NCBI GenBank assembly: GCA_965240325.2
Contig: OZ251241.1
Span: forward strand, 372,001 to 436,000
Direction: 5' to 3'
Length of the DNA stretch: 64,000 bases
Source of the DNA: Rebecca billardiae RCC1528
Lineage: Eukaryota; Protista; Haptophyta
Positions 49,235 to 59,661 of the stretch are shown here, piece after piece. The translations under genes were made by a program, and so were the position numbers. The notes below the pieces were generated by a model that had not been told where the DNA came from, searched no databases, and saw only the letters and a program-made list of their open reading frames with translations. Positions within the stretch are counted from its first letter, which is position 1. Each line of letters starts with the position of its first letter.

Positions 49235-50002
49235 CTACGACGAGGGCACCCCGGCCGGGCTCGGCGCGCTGTGCAGGTCAGCCAGGAAGCGGACCAACTC
49301 GGCCGAGCCGTGCGACGCGGTCATCGCCCTCTGCACGAACGCGTGGTCCTGCCGCAGGCGAACGGCACCGCGGCAGTCGCACGGTGCGCGTGCGCGCGCG
49401 TGAGCAAGTCCGCCGCGCGCGCCGCCGCCGCCGCGGGCCCGTGCGCCGCGCTCACTTGTGCACGCGCGCGCGCGCACCATGAGCCGCAGCGCGCTCGGTC
49501 GCCCTGCCGGCTCTTTGCACAGGCAGCGGCCGACAAAGTCGGCAAAGTCGGGCGAGACGTGCCCGGAGTTGAGCAGGGCGTGCACGGCGGGCGCGGTGGT
49601 CGGCACGGGCCCGTCGACGATCGAGCGCACCAAGTCGAAGTAGTTGGTCGTCGCCTTGTACGGGTACTCGCCGAGGGCGCACTCGAGGGCGATCAGGCCG
49701 ACGCACCTGCGCGCGCGGCGCGCGGCGGCGTGGGCGCCGCCGCCCGTCGGACGCCGCCGCGCTGGCGCTGGCGGCCGCGGCGCCACGCCGCGCGCCGCGC
49801 GCGGCGGCGGCGGCGGGGCGGCGCGGGTGGGCGGCGCGGCGCGCACCACACGTCGGCCGGAAAGCTGTAGGTGTGCCCGAGGATGCGCTCGGGGCTCATG
49901 TAGTGCGCCGTGCCCACGAACGAGGAGGCGACCTCCATCGTGTTGGCCAGCTGCCGGGAGATGCCAAAGTCGCTGAGCTTCACCTCGCCGCGCGCGTTGA
50001 GC

Positions 50003-50033
<31 letters not shown>

Positions 50034-50637
50034 GCTGGTGCTTCTCCTTGTGCAGGTAGATGAGCCCCTGCAGCACCTGCACCACCATCTGCCCGAGCAC
50101 GCGCTCCGGCACCGCCGGCACGTGGCCCATCGGGAACGTGCCGCCGTGCGCGGCCGCGACGAGGCCGCGCGCGCGGGACACCACGTCCTCGAGCGAGCCG
50201 CGGTCCATGAACTCGAGCGCGAGGTAGATCATGCCCTCGCGGTAGAAGGCGTCGTACAGCGAGACCAGGAAGTCGCAGCGCACGTTGCACAGCACCTTGA
50301 GCTCGTTGATCACCTGCTCGCGCAGCCCAGGCTCCTCCATCGCGGCGAGCTGCTTGAGCGCGAGGTGCTGGCCCGACGGCGGGTGCAGCACGAGCTTGAC
50401 GACGGAGGACGCGCCCGAGCCGAGCGGGCGGAGGGGCTGGAGCTGGTCGAGCAGCTGCGAGCCCTTGTGCACGCCGAACGGCGACGCCTCGATCCCGCCC
50501 GCCTTCAGCTTGAAGTCGTCCTTCGTGAACGTGCCAGAGTCAGAGAGCGTGAACGTCGACTCGCGCCCGCCTGTGCCGGTGATCGAGCCTGCCGACATGT
50601 CGAGCTTGGCGAGGTCGGGCGGCTTGCGGATTGGCAT
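49235..50637 (-). CDS. MAP kinase kinase, duplicate copy
   Basis: Same as 34600-36002. Confidence 0.93.
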
Positions 50638-51056
50638 GGCGGCGAGAGACGCGCGCCGCTCTGGCCGCCCACCCGCCGCCGCCGCCTGCCCACGAGCGTG
50701 CGCGCGGCGCCCACCCGGAGGAAGTGCGCGCGCGCCACGCAAGGGAGGCGCGGGTGCCCCCGGAGCGGTGGCCTCCGAGTTGAGGAAAAGGCGAGCCGCG
50801 CTGCGAGCAATAAGGTCCGAATTTGGTTATCGAGATATTATCCGCTTGACTTGCAACGCCATAACAATCTCGGCGCGATCTTCGCCTTCTACTAAAGTTT
50901 ATGATAAAGCTATCTATCTGATACCCCCCCGACGGTAGCTATTAGTAGCGATTAGCAAGCTCTTGACGCGCAGGAATGATGATGACGATGGCGACCGCGG
51001 CCGCGTTGTCATACACCGCCCTGGGCGTGACGGAGTAGTATTGGCGACTCGGAGAC

Positions 51057-53845
51057 TCACGCGTCGGCCGAGGGCGGGCGGAAGAGGGCAGTGCCGAGGG
51101 CGCGGAGGCCGGGCACGCCATTTACCTCGGTATCAAAGTAGGGCACGATCGTCAGCTCCGCGCTCGCGCCGGATGCGACCTCGCGCGCGCGCGAGACGCA
51201 CTTGGCGTGGCCTTTCGAGAGGCGCTCGACAAAGCGCGCTCCCGCCTCGCCGTCGGCGGCGTCGTCCTGCAGCAGCCGATTCACGAGCAGGTGGTTCACC
51301 GCGATCCCGTCCGCGCGCAGCGCGCGCAGCAGCCGCTCCGACTCGAGCATCGCCAGCTCGGTCGCGATCGTGACGATGGCAAACTCGGAGCGTGCGTCGT
51401 CGTGCAGAATCTCCGAGAGCTGGCGCATCTGGCGCTGGAAGGTGCGCAGCCGCGCGGCGGCGGAGCTCGACGCGTCCGATGCGGACGCGCTACTCGCCGC
51501 CGCCGCCGCGCCGCCGCCGCCGCCGAACATGGACTGCACCGCCGCCTTGGCGCCGCGGAGCGCGCTCGAGGCGGCTGAGAGGCGCTCGCGCAGCCGCAGC
51601 AGCCGCGTGACGAACTTGTCGAGGAAGTCCGGGAAGCGGAGGAGGCGGAGGGTGTGGCCGGTCGGCGCGGTGTCGATGATGATGCGCTGCAGCGGCTCGC
51701 CCAGCGCCCCGCCCTCCTCGAGCAGCGCAACCACCTGCGCCCGGCGCGCGCGCGCGCGCGCGCGCGGCGCCGCCGCGTGAGCGAGCCGGCCGCGCGCAAA
51801 CAGAGCGCACGTGGGGCGGGACGTGCACGCGCGCGCTGGCGGCGCACCTTGGCGAGGGCGACGAGCTCGTCCACGCCGGGCGGCAGCGTGTCGAGCGCGT
51901 CCGCAAAGTCCGCGAGCCCCAGCTGGTTCGCGATCCCGCCCAGCCCGCCGCCGCCCGCCCCCTCGGCGGGCGCCGCCTCCTCGCCGAGCGCGCGCAGCGT
52001 GCTCTGAAACGCCTGCGCCGCCTCGTCCGGGTCGACCTCGAGCGCGAGCAGCCGGCGGTGAGCCGCGTCCTCGACGACGGTGGGCTTGGAGAGCGAGCCC
52101 GGCGGGAGCGCGAGCGCGTCCGCGAGCGAGTGCGCCGGGTCGGTCGAGACGACCAGCGTGCGCAGCCCCGCGTCGGCGCAGCGCAGCGCGAGCGCCGCTG
52201 ATGCGGATGTCTTGCCCACGCCGCCCTTGCCGCCCACCACCACAAACCGGCACGCGCGCGAGCTCGGGTCGGCGAGCGCGGCGTCGGGGTTGGCGGCGGC
52301 GGCGGGCTCGGCGCCCTCGCCGAGCACGCCCGCCCACGCGGCCTCGTCGAACGCGCGCTCCGCCAGGAAGCGCAGCGGGTACACGCCGCGCAGCTCGACG
52401 TCGTAGTAGCCCACGCGGTGCACCTGGAGCCCGCGCCACACCGCGTCCGAGTCCAGCCTGCGCAGGGAGGAGGCCTGGCCCTTGCGCAGCCGGCCGAGGT
52501 AGGCGGCCTGCGCGTCGGGCGCGGAGGGCGAGACCACCTGGTTCACCACCAGGTGCCGGCACCGGATGCGCGACTCGCGCAGCGAGCCGAGCAGCCGCTC
52601 CGTCTCCGCCATCGCCACCTGCGCCAGACATCATCAGCATCCGAAGCGCGCGCGACGCGACGGGCGCGACAACACAACGGGCGCGCCGCGCGTGGCGCGC
52701 GCCCGCGGCGGAAGGGCTCGGTGAGCGCGCGCCGCGTGGCGGGCGGGCGGGCGGGCGCGGGCGGGCGGGCGACGCACCTCGGTGGGCACGGTGACCACCG
52801 CGAACTCCGTGCGCGACTCGTCCACGAGCAGCGCCTTGAGCGCCTGCACGCGCACGCGCCACTCATCGAGCCGCGCGCTCGCGCCGTCCAGCTTGGCGTC
52901 CACGCCAGGGCCGACCAGCCCGAGCCCGACCGCGGCGGTGAGCACGCCGCGCAGCCGCGTGCGCAGCGCGAGGAGCTTGGAGAGGAGCGAGTCGATGAAC
53001 GTGGGCAGCGAGAGCAGCCGCATCGTGTGCCCCGTCGGCGCCGTGTCCAGCACGATGCGCTCAAACTCGAGCCCAGACCCGCCGCCCGCGCCGCCCGCGC
53101 CGCCCGCGCCGCCCGCGCCGCCCGCGGCCGCGTCCAGCCCGAGCCTCGCGTCAAAGTCGGCGAACGGGTCGTCGGGCCCGTCGGCCGCGGCGGCGGCGGC
53201 GCTCGGGGTCGCGCCGCCCGTGAACTCGAGCACCTCCGCCAGCGAGAGCAGCTCGTCCAGCCCGGGCGGCGGCTCGTCGAGGATATCTGCAAAGTCATCC
53301 AGGCCGAGCTGGCCGAGCAGGTCCTCGGCCACGCCGCCCAGCCCGAGGTCGGCGGGGCGGAAGGCGGTGACGGCGGCGCGGAAGCGCGCGATGGCGTCGG
53401 AGGGGTCGACCTCGAGCGCCGAGAGCCCGTCGCACCCCGGCACGGCCACGGGCTCGCCGCCGCTCAGGTCGAGCTGGAGCGCATCGCCGAGCGAGTGCGC
53501 CGGGTCGGTCGAGACGACGAGCGTGCGCAGCCCCGCGTCGGCGCAGCGCAGCGCGAGCGCGGAGGCGGTGGAGGTCTTGCCCACGCCACCCTTGCCTCCC
53601 ACGAGCACGAGCCGCTGCCGCGCCGCGCCGCCCTCGCCGCGCGTGGCGATCTCATCGAGCGGCGCCGCCGCGGCGCGCGCTGCGGCGCGCCTCGCCGCGG
53701 GCACGCGCGCGCCGCCCGTGCCACCGAGCGCGGCGCGTCGCGGGGGCCGCGCAGCCGAGAGAGCGCGCGCGCCGCCGAGGCCCAGCCAGCACGGCGCAAG
53801 CGCAAGCGCGAGCAGCGCCGCGCGCGCCGCCGACGTCGGCCTCAT
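51057..53845 (-). CDS. Tandem two-domain GET3/ArsA-family ATPase with signal+transit-like presequence (introns 52619-52777, 51735-51847)
   Basis: Two sets of [22 protein letters not shown](L/V)DEL and DTAPTGHT(M/L)RLL. N-terminus [22 protein letters not shown]...[12 protein letters not shown]. Confidence 0.92.
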
Positions 53846-54038
53846 CCGCCGCGCTCTCCGGGATGACGCGTGGCCGTGCGGAGCCAGCGGGTGGCGTCCA
53901 GACTCGGCCTTGCTGGCCTTGCTGTGCATCCGGATTTGGACTGGGCAGACGCCCTGGAGAGTGGAGAGCGAGCGAGCGCAGCGTCGCTGCGCACTCGGCT
54001 GAGATGAAGGGTCACGCCCGCAGCACGCGCCGGCCATC

Positions 54039-54634
54039 ATGGGGGCCGCAGTGTCCAAGCACGTGGACCCGCCGGCGCCGCCCCGAAGCGCGGGGCCGCG
54101 AAGCGCGGGGTACGTGCGGCAGACGGACGAGATCGACGTGCGGCTCCGGAAGATGTCGACCGACGTGCAGCTCCTCCACGACGCGCCCACGCTGCTCAAC
54201 CGCCACCCGTCCGACAAGCTGTCTGGGACCTCGCTCAGCGCGCTCGCGCTCCGCAGCGCGGCGGCGCAGGACTCGCTCTCGGCGGTGCGGCTGGAGCCCG
54301 GCGGGCGGATACGGCGCGTCGAACTCTCCCGCCGCAAGATCTGCCGCGAGCTCCGCATCACGCCCCGCGACCTCCGCGCCGTCGACCCCGACCTCGGGCT
54401 GCCCACCGAGCCGCTCACCGTGATGGCGCGCTCCAACGTCGTGCTCTTCTCGACGTCGGACCCGGGGCTGGCGCTGAAGGCGCTGCTGTGCACCGAGGCG
54501 ATGTACGTGCTCCGCCCCCCGCCGGAGCGCGACCAGGCCGCCGCCTTCGACGCCATCGTCGACGCGGTCGCAGACGACCTCCGCCAGATTGCGGAGGAGG
54601 AGGCGGCCGAGGCGGAGGCGGCGGCCGCTGCGGA

Positions 54635-54676
<42 letters not shown>

Positions 54677-55401
54677 CGCGGCGTCGTCGGCGGCGTCGGT
54701 GGTCGGCTCGGACGGCGTGCAGGACGGCGTCGTCGACCTGCGCGTCGGAGCTGACCGCCCGCGCGCGAGTGCGCCCCCTGTCGCACGCAGGCACTCGTTT
54801 GGCCCGCGCACCGCTGCGGACGACGGCAGCGGGCTCACCCTGCACCCGGTGTGGGAGCTGAACGGCGAGGGGCTCGGGCAGGGGCAGCGCGCGCGCGGCT
54901 GGTGGGGGCGCGAGTCGGTGGGGAGCACGGCGGGCGAGGTGCCGGAGCACCACCCGCTCCCCACGCCCGCGGTGCCGTTCCAGTGCGACGCACTCGAGCT
55001 GATGCTACTGCACACGTGCGCGCGCGTCGACTTGCAGGCGAGCACGCTCGCGCGCACGATCGGCGACGCGCTCAGCAGCCTGCGGCTGTCCGTGACGCAC
55101 CAGACGATCGACGACGTGCGCGCGGTGAAGGGGCAGCTCGCCTCGCTCGACATCCGGATCGAGGACCTGCGCTCCGAGACGCAGCGGCTGCTGGACGACG
55201 AGGGCGCGATCGCCAACGTCGTAAGCGCCGCGCTCGGCGAGGCGTTCGACGCGCACACGCGCCGCGGCTCCAACGACGCGCACGGCGCGATCCCTCGGCG
55301 GCACTCGCACGCGGCCACCACGCCCACGCTGGGCGCGACGCGCTCGCCGCGCTGGGGCCGCTCGCCGAGCTGGGGCGACAACAACGCCGCCAGCTGGGCC
55401 A

Positions 55402-55435
<34 letters not shown>

Positions 55436-55892
55436 GCCGGCGGAAGAGCACTCGCTGCCGCTGCCGCCGCCCTACCTCGGGCAGGACGACGGGTACATGA
55501 GCGCGGGCGGCAGCGGGCGGCGGCGCGGGCTCGGCGTGCGCGCGGCCAGCCGGCTCATGGCGGACATGCTCGAGGTCGTGCTGCGCTCGATCGTCGCGAC
55601 CAAGGCGAAGATCGACAAGCTGGACCGCACGATCGAGGACACGGAGGAGCTGATTCGGCTGCAGCTCGACCTCGCGCGCAACGAGATGCTCAAGCTCGAG
55701 ATGCTGCTGACCATCGGCACGTTCTGCTGCGGCATCGGCGCGGTGATCGTCGGCATCTTCGGCATGAACCTGCTCTCGCACTTTGAGGAGCACGCCTCCA
55801 TGTTCTACATCGTGGTGGTGCTGATGACGCTGCTGCTCGGCGGCACGTTCCTCGCCGTCTGGCGCTACGCGCACCGCCGCGGGCTGCTGTGA
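54039..55892 (+). CDS. MRS2: MRS2/CorA-family magnesium transporter
   Basis: ITPRDLRAVDP, PFQCDALE, IEDTEELIRLQLDLARNEMLKLE, and GIFGMNL followed by a second TM helix. Confidence 0.92.
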
Positions 55893-56337
55893 GGCGGCGC
55901 CCGGACGCACTGCGGGCCGCGCTGCGCACGCTTGGCCGCCCGGGGCATCATCCGACGCGTCGTCGCACTTGCGCAGGCCGCGTTCGACTGTACACTTTTA
56001 CATCTCACCATGGCTGCCCTGTCCTCTACTCGCTCCGACGGGGCTGCCAGCATGATTAAGCAGCACGGGCGCTGTTTATTATTTGGCACTGTTAGACAGT
56101 TAGGACACGACTCACGAGTCGGACGAGTCACGACTCGGCATCACGTGTTATTATTCGTAGTCGTCGGTTATCGTCGCCGCCGCCGTTATATCGCGCGTGA
56201 CGCTGCTAGTACCGGACTGGCGAGATCTCAGCTGACGGTCTCGATTATTCGGCACTCCGAGTCCGGAGTCCGGATTGGACTTCGGCAACTCGGCAAGTGC
56301 CTACGTGATGTGTCGTCTGCTGCTGTGATGTGTAAGT

Positions 56338-56356
56338 TGTGTGTCACGTGTGTGTG

Positions 56357-56393
<37 letters not shown>

Positions 56394-56419
56394 TAGAGAG
56401 AGAGAGACTCAGAGAGAGA
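56338..56419. repeat. (GT)n and (AG)n microsatellites
   Basis: Seen directly. Confidence 0.95.
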
Positions 56420-56643
56420 CTACAGTCGGCGAGTCCGGACGACGACGTTTTGTGGACGACGGTGCGGGGCGAGGACGACGGGCGCTGGCGCGCCGCGAGG
56501 CGGCCGCAGCCCTCGTCCAGGCCTCGCAGGCGGACGGCTGAACGAATTTTTCCGGCGGCGCTACCATCGGCGACGGCTTCATGGGCGGTGACAGTTGGCG
56601 GGCGTCAATCTCGCCTGCCTGAGCTGTGTGCGTCTCTTATTCT

Positions 56644-56833
56644 TAGTAAACTGTACACGTTAAATCATAGTAAACTGTACGACGTACGTTAAATCATAGT
56701 TTTAAAAACTGGGCAACGCGCCACTCACCTGCCTGCGCCGGTCTGTTTTGTGGCGGTGTCTTTGTGCAGTGTTGGATGGCGTTAATCACGCCTTAACCAA
56801 GTGTGCACGTTAAATCATAGTAAACTGTACACA
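56644..56833. repeat. Short AT-rich direct repeats (unit ~TAGTAAACTGTACACGTTAAATCA)
   Basis: About 2.3 tandem units at 56644-56700 and another at 56806-56833. Confidence 0.8.
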
Positions 56834-56836
56834 TCA

Positions 56837-57917
56837 TACTGCAGTCATGTTGTAACCCGGCCACTGTGTCCTTCTGTGGGCCCTTCTGGGTGTGAGCAGG
56901 TTGCACCAACCCCCTCCTGAGCGTCTCGCCGCCCCGAGGCGGTAGCACCCCCCCCCCTGCACCGGAAGTCCGGGGGCGCCAGCCCCCGGACCCACAGCGG
57001 GGGGTCCGGGGGGCCTCCCCCGGGGCCCCGCCGGCCCGAGGCGCAGCAGAATTTTTTTGGCCCTTTTTGGCGCGCTTTCCTACCGGGGAACAGAACAGCA
57101 TCGCCGAAGGCGCGCGCCCAAGACGATGGCGGCGCTGGATTCCGCCCCGCGGCCCCCGGCCGCCCGGCCAAGCCGTGCGTTGTGCGCGTACGTGCAACAG
57201 AGAGCGCTGGTGGGCTGGCAGCGCGCTGGCACGCCATGTGTCTTCGTGCTACGGTCCGTGCTCAATCCAACCGCGACGGCAGGCAGACGCGGTGGCGCGG
57301 CGTCCGCGCCGCTCCCGACCGTTGCGGGCTTGGTCAGCCCAGAGCGCACCGGTTGCGCTCGCCACGCGGTGGCATGGCAGTGGCCGAGCTTGGGCCGGGC
57401 TGGGGCGTCTGCTTGGGTGGGCACTTTGCGAGCAGCGACGCGCCGACCACCCTAGGCAGGGTGCCGCTCATGAATACCGAGTCGGCGGCCGAGTCCCTGG
57501 CAGGGGCGACGATTGCGGTCGCCAGTCCGCGGACGGCACGGTGGGCCGCGCCGACACGAGGCAGGTGCGGTGGCCCCTGGGCAGGCGCATATCGTGAGGT
57601 GGTGGATACGTGATGAAGACTACTATGATATGAAGGTCACTCCCTGCGCCGCAGGCGCGCTCTCCAGAGTTCTGGTACCACTTGCTACACTGTGACAGCC
57701 ACGGCCCGGGCCCGCGGCGCGCGCCTGCGCGAAGCACCCAACCATGGGCCTGCTGAAGTCGGGGTGCCTGCACCCCGCCCCCTGTGGCTGCAGCCTGCCA
57801 GCCTAGAGCTTGAGCAGGTTGCACCCCCCCCCCCTGCAGCCCATCAGCCCTTCGAGCAGGGTGCACCTACCCCCTACAGAAGGACATTGGGGGGGGGGCT
57901 TCAACATGACCGCAGTA
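56837..57917. mobile_element. Non-autonomous TIR element (~45-bp imperfect TIRs)
   Basis: Left TACTGCAGTCATGTTG...TGTCCTTCTGTGGG; right end reverse-complemented TACTGCGGTCATGTTG...TGTCCTTCTGTAGGG. Flanked by TCA/TCA, or TA if the ends are 2 bp further in. G/C-run subterminal hairpins. Confidence 0.7.
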
Positions 57918-58002
57918 TCAGTCTTGAGTCTTCGGTGTGGCGGTAATTCGTCGTCGGTAAAATACGTGCTCTTATTGTGAAGCGGCGACCGAGCCATGCA
58001 CG

Positions 58003-58956
58003 ATGGCTGACGCGCTCGAGGGTGGCGCGTATGATGTCATCGCCTCGTTTCCCGACGGCCTGCCCGAGGACGCGCTGCAAGTGGAGTGCGGTCCTGAGCA
58101 CGACCGCAAGCCTGCTGCGGAGAGCGACGAGTCGCTCCTCGAAGCCACATGGCGCGCGCGTGTGGCCGCCAACCCTGCTCTCTTCAACGGCACCAAATTT
58201 CGCTTTGCGGGCGTGCGTGCGCGCACAGAGGCGGGTGTGGGGCCGACGCTGCTCCTCGGCCTGACCGACTACCGGTCCTTCCTGGGCACGAACTGCGCGC
58301 CCCACTGGGAGCGGCTGCTCGCTGCCTCCGCCGGTCACCTCGCGTCGCCCTTGGGCAACGCGGCGGTGGTGGAGACGGCAGATAGGCGCGTCGTGCTCCT
58401 ACGGCGAGGTGCCGGTGTGGGCGAGGCGCCCAACAGCGTAGTCATGCCCGGTGGCCATCCGGAGCCGGAGATGCTTGGCGTGCGCAGCCTCGGCGACTGG
58501 GGGCAGCACGAGCCCGCAGCCTTCGCCGTGCGGCTCGCCGCCACCGAGGGCGCGGCGGCTGATAGCGCGCCGCCAGCGCCCCTGAGCTGGCCGGCCGCGG
58601 TGCGTCGGGAGCTGTGGGAGGGCATGGCGCGCGAAATCGAGGAGGAGACGGGCGTGCCTCGAGCGGCGCTTGGTCCGCTGCGCTGCATCGGCTTCTGCCG
58701 CCGCGTGCTCAACCACCGGCCGGACATCATCTTCCACGTGCGCTGCGCGCTCACGGCCTCTGAGGTGGCGGCGCACTATGCCGGCAGCCAGGACGGCAGC
58801 GCGCACCGCGACGAGTCCACCGCGCTCTTCACGCTCGAGCGGCACGAGCTCGTGCGCCGGGCGCTCGACGCGAACGACCTGCCCATGCCCGGATGCCATC
58901 GCGGTGGCGTGCACCTCTACCGCGAGCATCTCGCCGCGGCGTCGTCCTCCTCGTGA
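58003..58956 (+). CDS. Nudix hydrolase, NUDT22/AtNUDT9-like (UDP-sugar pyrophosphatase family)
   Basis: LFNGTKFR, LGLTDYRSFLGTN, HLASPLGNAAVVETAD, VLLRR, PGGHPEP and REIEEETG. Confidence 0.88.
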   Translation: MADALEGGAYDVIASFPDGLPEDALQVECGPEHDRKPAAESDESLLEATWRARVAANPALFNGTKFRFAGVRARTEAGVGPTLLLGLTDYRSFLGTNCAPHWERLLAASAGHLASPLGNAAVVETADRRVVLLRRGAGVGEAPNSVVMPGGHPEPEMLGVRSLGDWGQHEPAAFAVRLAATEGAAADSAPPAPLSWPAAVRRELWEGMAREIEEETGVPRAALGPLRCIGFCRRVLNHRPDIIFHVRCALTASEVAAHYAGSQDGSAHRDESTALFTLERHELVRRALDANDLPMPGCHRGGVHLYREHLAAASSSS

Positions 58957-59499
58957 CAGAGGAGGTCTTGGCGGCGGGCGGCCAGGCGCCCGCCAGATCG
59001 CGTCGACTGTTAGCTGCGCGGCTGAAGCGCGCAGGCCGATGCTAAGGCCGAGGCGCGCGACCAGCTCAACCGGGGACACGGCGTTACAGCGTAACCGGGG
59101 ACACGGCGTTACAGTTTGCGGGAGTCGCAGCGCGCACGCGCGGATGCCGGGGCGCAGCACGCGCGACTGCGTGACTATCACTTAATGTCGTCAGGTAACC
59201 TGTTACGCTCCGACCCCTGACGAGGCCCTGGCCCGCTGAGTCGGTTGCCAGGCGGCTCAGGGCTGTCCCGCGCGCCCCTGGCATGTCCGCGTACCAACGG
59301 CCTCAATTAGGTGGGAGGCGCACGTTGACGTCCGGGCGTGAGTGGAACTTCGCGTGGGCCGCCGGACTTCGCTTGTACTGAGATTTGGGGCTGAGCTCAA
59401 CGGCGCCGGCATCGTGCGTGGTCGGCCCTTGCATCAGCGTCGGCGCCGTCTCCCTCGCGCCGCGCGTGCGTGCAGTCGCTCGCGGGCGGGGCGCCACAC

Positions 59500-59623
59500 A
59501 TGTCCAGCAACCTATACAGCCGGAGTGGCGTGCCGGTGCGAGCGATGGACCCGGAGCGTGCGACCATGCTGCCGCACGACGATGAAGACACCAAGCCGCG
59601 CCGCTCGATGTCGGGCGGCGCCA

Positions 59624-59661
<38 letters not shown>

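Larger units (their letters stand above)
36952..50921. repeat. Copy 2 of the duplication (probable alternate haplotype)
   Basis: Near-identical to 22492-36289, with a few SNPs, micro-indels and a 180-bp tandem duplication. Confidence 0.97.

Noticed and set aside
51057-53845. Arsenic-resistance ArsA pump or bacterial operon
   Set aside because: The gene has introns and a targeting presequence, with no arsB/arsC/arsD neighbours; it fits the GET3-like organellar group.
56644-56833. CRISPR-like direct repeats
   Set aside because: Only about three units, no regular unique spacers, no cas genes, eukaryotic context.
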